From positions 1-24,700 of the forward strand of contig JANRLX010000073.1 in assembly GCA_033762115.1 (NCBI GenBank): a DNA stretch of 24,700 nt. Direction: 5' to 3'. The stretch comes from Verrucomicrobiota bacterium. GTDB lineage: Bacteria; Verrucomicrobiota; Verrucomicrobiia; Limisphaerales; SXQI01. Each line of letters begins with the position of its first letter. Position 1 is the first letter of the stretch. The position numbers and the translations under genes are program-made. Shown here in pieces: positions 15,540 to 24,111 of this stretch. The notes beneath the pieces are model-generated. The model made no database searches. It was not told the DNA's origin and saw only the letters and a list, made by a program, of their open reading frames with translations.

Positions 15540-17153
15540 GTGGATATTGCCAGCGAAATAGAAAAGCGCAGGACATTCGCGATCATCTCGCATCCTGATG
15601 CAGGTAAAACAACGATGACTGAAAAGTTGTTGCTCTACGGTGGAGCGGTGCAACTTGCAGGTTCCGTGACAGCGCGAAAAAACCAGCGCGCTTCCACTTC
15701 TGACTGGATGGAATTGGAGCGAAAACGCGGAATTTCCATTAGCTCCACGGTGCTCCAGTTCGAATATGGGGGATACAAGATCAATCTTCTGGACACCCCC
15801 GGCCACAAGGACTTTTCCGAAGATACTTACCGCGTCCTGACAGCTGTTGATGCCGTGGTGATGATCATCGATGCGGGCAAAGGTATCGAAACACAAACGC
15901 GAAAATTGTTCGAGGTATGTCGCCAGCGCGGTGTTCCGATTTTTACCTTCATGAACAAGTGTGATCGCCCCACTCTGGAGCCACTTGCGCTGCTGGATGA
16001 ATTGGAACGAGTCCTCAACATCGGCGCATTTCCTGTGGTTTGGCCGATAGGGACCGGCCCTGATTTCAAGGGTGTGTATGATCGCCTGCATCATCAGGTT
16101 CATCTGTTTGAACGAACGGTCGGCGGGGCTTACCGCGCGCCCGTTTCCATCGGCGGTTTTAATGATGCTTTTGTCAAAGAGCGGGTGGATCCTGCCGTCT
16201 TTTCCAAGGTGACCGAGGAGTTGGAGATGCTTGAACTGGCAGGTGCCGCTTTTGAGCATGAGGATGTCCTTTCAGGAAAAACAACGCCGGTTTTCTTTGG
16301 AAGTGCGATGAATAATTTCGGTGTCCAGCTTCTCCTGGACGGCTTCCTTAGAAGTTCTCCACCTCCAAAACCGAGGAAAACCAGTTCAGGAATCCTGCCT
16401 CCCGATCATGAAGCGTTCTCCGGATTTATTTTTAAAATTCAGGCCAACATGGATCCGCGTCACCGTGACCGAATCGCATTTTTGCGCGTGTGCACGGGAA
16501 AATTCGAACGGGACATGAGTGTCACGCATGTCAGGACCGGTAAAAAAGTGCGCCTTTCCAATTCCCATAAAGTTTTTGCCCAGGAACGGGAGACAATGGA
16601 TGAAGCGTTTCCGGGAGATATTATCGGTTTGGTGGGCCACCACGAATTTGGCATTGGAGACACTTTGACCACCGAGGCAGGTATTGTGTATAATGAAATT
16701 CCCCGTTTCACTCCGGAAACGTTTGCCTACCTGCACAATCCGAACACTGGAAAGTACAAGCAATTTCGCCAGGGACTGGACCAGCTGCTTCAGGAGGGCG
16801 TCATCCAGATTTTGCACCTGAAAGATTCAGCCATGAAAATCCCTCTTTTGGCCGCAGTGGGACCGCTTCAATTTGAAGTGGTGCAGTATCGACTGGAGAG
16901 TGAGTATGGCGCTGAATCCCGAATCGAGACAGCGCCCTGGGCGGTGATTCGCTGGCTGCCTCTTGATTTCAAGGAGGAACAGCTGGATGCATTGAAACTA
17001 CCGACTGGCGCACGATTGGTTTATGATAGTGACCAGCATCCGGCTGTTCTTTTTGCAAATGAGTGGTCCTGTAATTACTTCCTTGAAACCAATCCCGGAA
17101 TACAGGTTTCAGCCCTGCCGCCTGAGCGCCAGTTGGTCGTTGCTGATTCGTAA
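15540..17153 (+). CDS. prfC: Peptide chain release factor 3
   Basis: RRTFAIISHPDAGKTT, SDWMELERKRGISI, DTPGH, NKCD, FKIQANMDPRHRDRIAF, AVGPLQFEVVQYRLESEY. Confidence 0.97.
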   Translation: MDIASEIEKRRTFAIISHPDAGKTTMTEKLLLYGGAVQLAGSVTARKNQRASTSDWMELERKRGISISSTVLQFEYGGYKINLLDTPGHKDFSEDTYRVLTAVDAVVMIIDAGKGIETQTRKLFEVCRQRGVPIFTFMNKCDRPTLEPLALLDELERVLNIGAFPVVWPIGTGPDFKGVYDRLHHQVHLFERTVGGAYRAPVSIGGFNDAFVKERVDPAVFSKVTEELEMLELAGAAFEHEDVLSGKTTPVFFGSAMNNFGVQLLLDGFLRSSPPPKPRKTSSGILPPDHEAFSGFIFKIQANMDPRHRDRIAFLRVCTGKFERDMSVTHVRTGKKVRLSNSHKVFAQERETMDEAFPGDIIGLVGHHEFGIGDTLTTEAGIVYNEIPRFTPETFAYLHNPNTGKYKQFRQGLDQLLQEGVIQILHLKDSAMKIPLLAAVGPLQFEVVQYRLESEYGAESRIETAPWAVIRWLPLDFKEEQLDALKLPTGARLVYDSDQHPAVLFANEWSCNYFLETNPGIQVSALPPERQLVVADS

Positions 17154-17176
17154 GGCGCGCCGAAAATCCACACACA

Positions 17177-17599
17177 ATGTTACGCCAGCATGGATCAACT
17201 CTACAGGTCTCCACCAGAGGCCGTGGATTTTACGAACTGACCGATTTGATTGACGAGGCGATCAGGAAATCAGGCATTCGCGAGGGAATCATTACCCTTC
17301 ATGTGCAACACACCTCCGCCTCGTTATTGATCCAGGAGAACGCTGACCCTGAAGTGCGTCGGGACCTTGAGCGCTTCTTTTCAAGGCTGGTTCCAGATGG
17401 AGATCAATTGTTCAGGCATACAGCCGAAGGAGAGGATGATATGCCAGCCCATGTCCGGGCAGCGCTTACCGCTGTGAACTTATCCGTGCCGATCCAAGGT
17501 GGAGAAATGACCCTGGGCACCTGGCAAGGGATCTACCTTTGGGAACAGCGGACGGCTCCCCATCAACGAAAAATAGTACTTCAGATTATTGGTGAATAA
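17177..17599 (+). CDS. yjbQ: YjbQ/UPF0047 family protein (annotated secondary thiamine-phosphate synthase)
   Basis: HTSASLLIQENADPEV, H...EGEDDMPAHVR, LGTWQGIYLWE. Confidence 0.92.
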   Translation: MLRQHGSTLQVSTRGRGFYELTDLIDEAIRKSGIREGIITLHVQHTSASLLIQENADPEVRRDLERFFSRLVPDGDQLFRHTAEGEDDMPAHVRAALTAVNLSVPIQGGEMTLGTWQGIYLWEQRTAPHQRKIVLQIIGE

Positions 17600-17602
17600 C
17601 GC

Positions 17603-19726
17603 TCAAGTGGTGGCAGGCTCTTTGACCTGCGGAGCGGGAGCTTTCTCCGGGGCTGCTGTGATGTAATAAGCGGGGTAATTGTAGTAATTGTATTCACCCA
17701 TTGCAGTTTCTGCACGGTTGTAAATCAAGCCGAGAAGTCGAGCCTGGCGCTGCCCCAGAACTTCCAACGCATGCCGGATCATCCGACCGGAAGTAAAGGA
17801 ATTGCGCACCACATAGAGCACCCCATCCATTTTTGGCGCAAGGCTGGGTGTATCATCCGCTGCGAGGATCGGGGCCGTATCAATAATGATATAATCGTAT
17901 TTTGAATAAACTTCCCTAAGGAACTTATCCGCCGCCGGGCTGAGAAAAAGCTCTGAAGGATTGGGAACCGCCTTGCCACGAGCCATGAAAGTAAGATTTT
18001 TAACGTTCGTTTCCTGAACCGCTTCCTCCACGCGCAATTCACCACGAAGCACATCCGAAAGACCAGGCTCAGCAGGCAATCCAAAAGTCTCGTTCAATTT
18101 ACCACGGCGCTGGTCCCCTTCCACCAATAACACTTTTGAACCCGCAAAAGCGAGAGCGCGGGCGAGATTACCGGAAATCGTTGACTTCCCTTCCGCTGGA
18201 ATGGAACTGGTCACCAGGATTGATTTGGGTTTGAACCCATCAGTCGCCATGAACAAAAGTGAAGAACGCAAGTTGCGATAAGATTCTGCAAAACTGTGCC
18301 GCTGATCATCCACGCGCAATGGCTCAACCACCCCTTTGGTTTTTCGAACATCCAGGTCAGGAATTTGTCCCACCACTTCAAAAGGAAACTGGGCTTTAAG
18401 TTCAGCCAGCGATCCGATTCGATCATCAAACCAGACCAGCAGACAAACAATACAGATCCCTAGCATGAATCCCACAACACCTGCGGCAGCGACCTTGAGC
18501 GTGTTTTGCATCGGCGGGGCATAAGGGGGAGACGCATGCTCCAGGATATCCAGTGTTTCCTGATCGAGGTCCTTGCCCATCCCAACAGTCCGAACCATGT
18601 TCAAAAGCTCATCGTACAAACCCTGGGTCCGTCGGATTTGCTCCTTCAAGCGGTCCCCCTCATTCAACAGCTTGCTCGTTTCGAGCACCCGCTCACGGTA
18701 ATCGTTTGAAGTGGTTTCAAGGTTCTTGATTTCCACCACTATCGATTCCTTTTTCGCCAGCAATTCTTCACGACTTTCCTTTTTAAATACCTCCACGAGT
18801 TTTTCCAGGCGGACGATGTCATCCTCCAATTCGATCATTTTCGGATGCGCTGGTTTCATGATCTTGCTCAATTCATCCTTGCGAATACGCAACTTGCGAA
18901 TCTCCTGGACCGCGCTCAGCACATCCTTGGTGCGGGTGGTGAAATTGGTCGTTGTGCCTGATTCAAAAACTCCGGCTTCCAGTTCAGGATGACGGTTGAA
19001 GGAAAGGAAATTATCCATTAATTGGGCTTCAATCCGCAGGTCCGCAATGCGCCGATTCACTCGCGCATACGATTCTCCCGCCACAGCAGCCTGCTCCTTT
19101 AGAACCAGGAGATTATTTGTCTTTTCAAATTCTGCCAGCTGTCCCTCCGCGCTTTTAAGTTCCTCCTGGGTTTTGTAAAGTTGCTGGGTGATGGAAGCCA
19201 GGGTGCTGTCCGAAGATTCCCCTTTGATCTCACGCTTATAAAGAAGAAATTCCTCCATCAATGCCTGAAGAAACAGGCGTGGATAAGTCGCATCTGCACC
19301 GGAGGCACGAAGGAAAAAAATCGACGCGCCGGACGGGCGTGCGACATCCAACGTCATTTGAACAGGTTTCAAGTCCGGATGCTGCGCCTGGACTCTGGCG
19401 TGGGCACGCCCGACAATCGTTTTGCTCTTCATTAACTCGGCCTGGGTGCCGTAGTAATTCACCGCATCTTCCGAGTACGCCGAACCTTCATTTAACTTGA
19501 TCTTGCCGCTGACCCACATCCGACTGATGGAGGTGTAGGTGGGTGGCGGCAGCTGCGCCACGTAAAAAGCCCCCGCAACAGTGCAAAGCGCAGCTGTAAG
19601 GACTGGAATCCACCAACGCCGTTTCAGGACGATCAGCAACCGGCGCAACAACGATCCAATCGTTTTGCCCCCGGGAAGGGATCCAGCCTCAGGAGTGACT
19701 GGGTATTTGGGGTATGCTTCCTTCAT
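17603..19726 (-). CDS. wzc: Wzc-like polysaccharide co-polymerase / BY tyrosine kinase
   Basis: Two TM segments flanking a coiled-coil periplasmic region; AESYRNLRSSL, Walker A SSIPAEGKST, A' LVEGDQRR, Walker B YIIIDTAP, C-terminal Tyr cluster EYNYYNYPAYY. Confidence 0.92.
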   Translation of the reverse strand: MKEAYPKYPVTPEAGSLPGGKTIGSLLRRLLIVLKRRWWIPVLTAALCTVAGAFYVAQLPPPTYTSISRMWVSGKIKLNEGSAYSEDAVNYYGTQAELMKSKTIVGRAHARVQAQHPDLKPVQMTLDVARPSGASIFFLRASGADATYPRLFLQALMEEFLLYKREIKGESSDSTLASITQQLYKTQEELKSAEGQLAEFEKTNNLLVLKEQAAVAGESYARVNRRIADLRIEAQLMDNFLSFNRHPELEAGVFESGTTTNFTTRTKDVLSAVQEIRKLRIRKDELSKIMKPAHPKMIELEDDIVRLEKLVEVFKKESREELLAKKESIVVEIKNLETTSNDYRERVLETSKLLNEGDRLKEQIRRTQGLYDELLNMVRTVGMGKDLDQETLDILEHASPPYAPPMQNTLKVAAAGVVGFMLGICIVCLLVWFDDRIGSLAELKAQFPFEVVGQIPDLDVRKTKGVVEPLRVDDQRHSFAESYRNLRSSLLFMATDGFKPKSILVTSSIPAEGKSTISGNLARALAFAGSKVLLVEGDQRRGKLNETFGLPAEPGLSDVLRGELRVEEAVQETNVKNLTFMARGKAVPNPSELFLSPAADKFLREVYSKYDYIIIDTAPILAADDTPSLAPKMDGVLYVVRNSFTSGRMIRHALEVLGQRQARLLGLIYNRAETAMGEYNYYNYPAYYITAAPEKAPAPQVKEPATT

Positions 19727-19729
19727 GCT

Positions 19730-20383
19730 CTAGAAATTGACAATTTTTGCATCCACCGCGATCACATCGCCTGGTTTGATTTCAAAATCCTTCTCCATTT
19801 GCCCCTTTTTCCAGACTGCTTCCACATCGACGACAAATTTTTCAGTTTTTGACGTGGTGGGATTGGTGCGAAGAACCCTGACTTTGGATTGATTGGCGTA
19901 GGGAGCGAAGCCGCCGGCACGCAAAATGGCTTTGCTGACTGTATAGGTTTCATCAAGGGGGATTTCGTACGGCCCAGGCGCGGAGACCTGTCCAATCAGC
20001 TGGATTCGTCCCAGACTTCTTCTCAATAATTGATCAATCGCAAGCTGGACTGTCGCGGTGTGGTAAAAATCCTTTTCCAGCAAGGTCTTAACCTCTGCCG
20101 CCAATTCCTTGCACGTTTTTCCCACGGCAGGAATATTCCCAAGATAGGGGATATCAATCTCGCCGCCATCTGTGACCACCAGTTTTTTAGGAGCTTCGTC
20201 CCGATCCTCAAGAATCTGAAATCTTACCGTGTCCCCTTTGCTGAGCTTGGTGGTATCGTCGAGGACAGCGCGTGGGAGTGAATTTGTTATGGCAGATGAA
20301 AAGGCCTGATTGGTCTCCGCAACCGAAATGACAGTTGCAACACACCAAATCCCAACAACCCATGAAAGAAAACGCATTACCAT
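19730..20383 (-). CDS. wza: Short Wza/OPX-family polysaccharide export protein (Poly_export + SLBB)
   Basis: LSKGDTVRFQI...VTDGGEIDIPYLGNIPAVGKT, SLBB IGQVSAPGPY...AILRAGGF, IKPGDVIAV; 3 bp upstream of the wzc-like gene. Confidence 0.85.
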   Translation of the reverse strand: MVMRFLSWVVGIWCVATVISVAETNQAFSSAITNSLPRAVLDDTTKLSKGDTVRFQILEDRDEAPKKLVVTDGGEIDIPYLGNIPAVGKTCKELAAEVKTLLEKDFYHTATVQLAIDQLLRRSLGRIQLIGQVSAPGPYEIPLDETYTVSKAILRAGGFAPYANQSKVRVLRTNPTTSKTEKFVVDVEAVWKKGQMEKDFEIKPGDVIAVDAKIVNF

Positions 20384-20564
20384 CCTGAACTCAATAGTAG
20401 TATCGACGAAACAGCCTTCGACTTAATCGAAGTCGCATTTTTTCGCAAAAATGCAAGTGGAACTATAGCAGCCAGTGGGCCATACAGCAACCCATCCTGA
20501 TTGCGCTCGTAAAACCACCCTCCTCTTTGACTTTGGCAAGGTTTGTGCACACTTTGTAAGACTT

Positions 20565-23150
20565 ATGACAAGGATTTTCACCCTTCTCTGCAGCATCGCT
20601 TTTGTCTCTTCATTTGTCACTCACGCTGCAATCTCAAGGGTCGCAAATACTTCCCTCACCTTGCCAGCCAACCCTCCTTCCGGCAGCTATACATTTCAGA
20701 CCGCCTTTGGGAACCTGACGTTCAGTTCACCTCTCGGAATTTTTACCCCGCCAGGCGAAACGAATCGGCTTTTTGTCATTGAGCGGGTGGGACGCATCCA
20801 GGTCATCACCAATCTGGCCAACCCAACAAAAACATTGTTCATGAACATTTCCAGCCGGGTTAGCTCCGGAAACGAGTTGGGACTTCTGGGCATGGCATTT
20901 CACCCCGGCTTTGCCACTAACCGCTATTTTTACCTGTTTTACACGACAACGGGTGCTTTGACAGATCGCATCTCAAGATTCGAGGCATCTCCCGATAACC
21001 CCAATCTGGGATTGAGTGATTCAGAGTTGCCGCTGTTGAATCAGGCAGATGAGGCGGACAATCATAATGGAGGTGACATGCACTTTGGCCCGGACGGATA
21101 TCTTTACGTTTCTTTGGGCGATGAAGGAGGAGCAAACGACAACTTCCAAAACAGTCAGCGCATTACCAAGGACTTTTTTGCGGGAATGCTGCGGATCGAT
21201 GTGGATAAACGACCGGGAAATCTCGTTCCCAATTCTCATCCGGCAGTCACAACGAACTATTTTGTCCCAATAGACAACCCATTTGTGGGAGCAACCAACT
21301 TTAACGGTGTAGTCATTAACTCAAACAATGTCCGAACGGAATTTTGGGCCACCGGCCTGAGAAATCCCTGGCGGTTTTCGTTCGATCCCGTTTCAGGGAC
21401 CCTGTGGTGCGGCGATGTGGGCCAGGGGGCTAGAGAAGAGATTAACATTATCGTTAAAGGAGGAAATTATGGCTGGTCTTATAGGGAAGGTTTCATTTCG
21501 GGGCCACGTGCCAATCCACCGGCAGGTTTTACCCATATCAACCCGGTGGTGGACTACCCTCGGGCACAAGGTTATTCGGTCACAGGGGGAGTGGTTTATC
21601 GAGGAAACAGGTACTCGGACCTTTACGGGGCTTATATTTTTGCTGATTTCGGTTCCGGGAACACCTGGGCTTTACGCACCAATGGTTTAGGACGAGGCAC
21701 TCTTCAGCAAATCGCCACTGAGAGGGATATTTCAGCCTTTGGTTACGATCCCTCAAATGGTGATATTCTCGCCTGTGATCTGGGTGCCAACGCGATCAAA
21801 CGGCTTGTTCCTGTGGAAAGCACCAACACCATTGAACTACCTCCCACGCTTGCGGAGACTGGCGCTTTTTCCGACCTGGAAACGCTCGAAGCATCCCCGG
21901 GAATTGTGCCTTATCAGATCAATGTTCCATTTTGGTCAGATCACGCGGAGAAAACCCGGTGGTTTTCCATTCCCCGGTTGACCAACAAAATCACCTTCAA
22001 TCCTGAAGGAAACTGGCAATTTCCAACCGGCAGCGTCTGGATCAAACATTTCGAAATCGAACTGGAAAAAGGAAACAGCAACTCCACTCGACGTTTGGAA
22101 ACCCGATTTCTTGTCCGGACAACCAATGGGATGTATGGCCTGACCTACCGCTGGAACACAGAGCAAACTGACGCTGAACTGGTGCCGGAGGAAGGCAGCG
22201 AAGAAGTATTGGAAATCCAGGATGGCACAAATGTGCGCACCCAGGTTTGGCATTACCCCAGTCGTAGCCAATGTCTGGCCTGTCATACACCAGGAGGAGG
22301 CTGGGCTCTTGGTTTTAATACGCCGCAGCTGAACCGGGATATTGTCCACGAGGGGGGGACGCTGAACCAGATTCAAGCCTTGAGTGACGCGGGATATTTC
22401 ACCGCTCCTGTGACTAATTTAAGCGGGTTGCGCAAGCTTGAACCGCTCGATAATGAAGCAATCAGCCGAGAGTACCGCGCCCGGTCCTGGTTTTCAGCCA
22501 ATTGTTCCCAGTGCCACCACCCGAATGGTCCTACTCCAGCAAACTTTGATGCACGGATCTGGACTCGCACAACAGATACTGGGTTGATCAATGGGAAATC
22601 CACCACTGGAAATGACAAGCGGCTTATCATCCCCGGCGATGCGGCGCATTCAGAAATCATTAACCGTATTTCACACCGCGGGCCGGGCAAAATGCCACCC
22701 GTGGGTTCAAATGTCGTGGACACGAATGCGGTCAACTTTTTGACTGCATGGATCAATGAGGATTTGCCCGGGCGAAAATCGTTCGCTCAATGGCAGGCAG
22801 AGCATTTCGATGAAGGCAGCGCGAGCGCATTACAAAACGCCGATCCGGATGGGGATGGTGCAAATAATTACCTCGAGTTCCTGACCGGGACTGATCCTGA
22901 GATGGCGGGAGAAATCTGGAAACCGGAGGCAATGCTCACGGAGGGGGGACTCCAGATTCAATTTAATCAACTGTCGAATCGCGCGTTCATCCTCGAGTAC
23001 ACAACGAACATCACGAACCCGCAATGGACCCCGGTGCAAGTACCGGAGAATACGCCAATTTTTGCTGCAACCAATGTGGTTCATACTGTGACGGAACCAT
23101 TAACCAATGCTCCCGCACAGTTTTATCGCGTGCGAATTATCGAGCCTTAA
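20565..23150 (+). CDS. Secreted glucose/sorbosone dehydrogenase-like (GSDH) beta-propeller fused to a diheme c-type cytochrome domain and a C-terminal tail domain
   Basis: Signal peptide from ATG 20565; ELGLLGMAFHPGF, NHNGGDMHFGPDGYLYVSLGDEG, GLRNPWRFSFD, DVGQGAREE; heme motifs CLACH (22272-22286) and CSQCH (22503-22517); KMPP candidate distal Met; tail ADPDGDGANNYLEFLTGTDP...FYRVR. Confidence 0.88.
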   Translation: MTRIFTLLCSIAFVSSFVTHAAISRVANTSLTLPANPPSGSYTFQTAFGNLTFSSPLGIFTPPGETNRLFVIERVGRIQVITNLANPTKTLFMNISSRVSSGNELGLLGMAFHPGFATNRYFYLFYTTTGALTDRISRFEASPDNPNLGLSDSELPLLNQADEADNHNGGDMHFGPDGYLYVSLGDEGGANDNFQNSQRITKDFFAGMLRIDVDKRPGNLVPNSHPAVTTNYFVPIDNPFVGATNFNGVVINSNNVRTEFWATGLRNPWRFSFDPVSGTLWCGDVGQGAREEINIIVKGGNYGWSYREGFISGPRANPPAGFTHINPVVDYPRAQGYSVTGGVVYRGNRYSDLYGAYIFADFGSGNTWALRTNGLGRGTLQQIATERDISAFGYDPSNGDILACDLGANAIKRLVPVESTNTIELPPTLAETGAFSDLETLEASPGIVPYQINVPFWSDHAEKTRWFSIPRLTNKITFNPEGNWQFPTGSVWIKHFEIELEKGNSNSTRRLETRFLVRTTNGMYGLTYRWNTEQTDAELVPEEGSEEVLEIQDGTNVRTQVWHYPSRSQCLACHTPGGGWALGFNTPQLNRDIVHEGGTLNQIQALSDAGYFTAPVTNLSGLRKLEPLDNEAISREYRARSWFSANCSQCHHPNGPTPANFDARIWTRTTDTGLINGKSTTGNDKRLIIPGDAAHSEIINRISHRGPGKMPPVGSNVVDTNAVNFLTAWINEDLPGRKSFAQWQAEHFDEGSASALQNADPDGDGANNYLEFLTGTDPEMAGEIWKPEAMLTEGGLQIQFNQLSNRAFILEYTTNITNPQWTPVQVPENTPIFAATNVVHTVTEPLTNAPAQFYRVRIIEP

Positions 23151-23172
23151 CACGGGTTTCAGGATTTACCGG

Positions 23173-23200
23173 TTGACACTCAAAGTGGCGAACCTAAGGT
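23173..23200 (+). promoter_or_regulatory. Putative sigma70-type promoter for the Pro/Ala-rich gene-trxA-gspF run
   Basis: TTGACA (23173-23178), 16 nt, TAAGGT (23195-23200). Confidence 0.5.
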
Positions 23201-23218
23201 TGTAGCGAAGCAAATTAT

Positions 23219-23713
23219 ATGGCCGAGAATACTCCGAATGTGCCGCCATCTGGTCAACCACCAGTGACGCCAACACCAGCTGTGACACCGCCCGTGGGAG
23301 CGGTTCCCCCAAAACCTGCTGAAGCTGCCAAAGTTCAGCCGAAGAAGGAAACTGTCCGGATTAATTTGCCTCCAAAACCAACCGCATCTCCCACGATTAA
23401 AATTCCGAGCGCAGCAGCCATTAGTGCCGCTGCTCCGGCGGCTGCAGCAGCCCCTGCCGCCAGTGCGGCCACCGCTCCCACAGTTGCCATTCCCCCTCCA
23501 ACAGCCCCTGCCGCGTCAGCGACCAGTGCACAAAAACCGGCCCCTCCTGCCGGAGCACCCGCGACAGCCCCAAGGCCCGCGGCTATGCCAGCGCGAGCTG
23601 CCGCAGCTTCGAGCGCCAGCAGCATTGACATGGTGGACAAAATTCTGGCCATTACCGCGGTGGTGGTCGGCGTACTTGTTCTTGTCAGGGTGGTTTTCCT
23701 GATGAACGCCTAA
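23219..23713 (+). CDS. Pro/Ala-rich disordered protein with one C-terminal TM helix
   Basis: 164 aa, low complexity; one non-repetitive island AAKVQPKKETVRINLPPKP; hydrophobic tail ILAITAVVVGVLVLVRVVFLM; promoter-like sequence upstream. Confidence 0.75.
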   Translation: MAENTPNVPPSGQPPVTPTPAVTPPVGAVPPKPAEAAKVQPKKETVRINLPPKPTASPTIKIPSAAAISAAAPAAAAAPAASAATAPTVAIPPPTAPAASATSAQKPAPPAGAPATAPRPAAMPARAAAASSASSIDMVDKILAITAVVVGVLVLVRVVFLMNA

Positions 23714-23759
23714 GGCAAATCAGTTGAGTTCCTGAAGATAAGCTTTAAAATTGGATCTT

Positions 23760-24092
23760 ATGGGTGCAGCGAATATTACGACGTTAACTGATGCTAACTT
23801 CTCGGAAGAAGTGCTGAAATCCAGTCAGCCGGTGCTGGTCGATTTTTGGGCGGAATGGTGCGGTCCCTGCAAAATGATCGCCCCCATTCTTGATGAACTG
23901 GCAGGGGAATATGATGGCCGGGTCAAAATCGGGAAGGTTAATATCGACGATAACCAGGGGGTTGCCAGTCAGCATGGGATTCGCGCAATTCCAACTCTCC
24001 TGATTTTCAAAAATGGCGAGGTGACCGAACAAATCGTGGGTTTGAAAAGCAAACGCGATTTGAAGGCAGCTCTCGATAAAGCAGTTTCCTGA
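23760..24092 (+). CDS. trxA: Thioredoxin
   Basis: [28 protein letters not shown]; start set at ATG 23760. Confidence 0.97.
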   Translation: MGAANITTLTDANFSEEVLKSSQPVLVDFWAEWCGPCKMIAPILDELAGEYDGRVKIGKVNIDDNQGVASQHGIRAIPTLLIFKNGEVTEQIVGLKSKRDLKAALDKAVS

Positions 24093-24111
24093 GATAGAAA
24101 GGAGCGTTCAT

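Noticed and set aside
15489..16259. 256-aa minus-strand ORF opposite prfC
   Set aside because: Antisense shadow frame of a conserved GTPase gene; no independent coding evidence.
23335..23702. Alternative-frame ORFs over the Pro/Ala-rich gene
   Set aside because: Expected by-product of GC-rich low-complexity codons.
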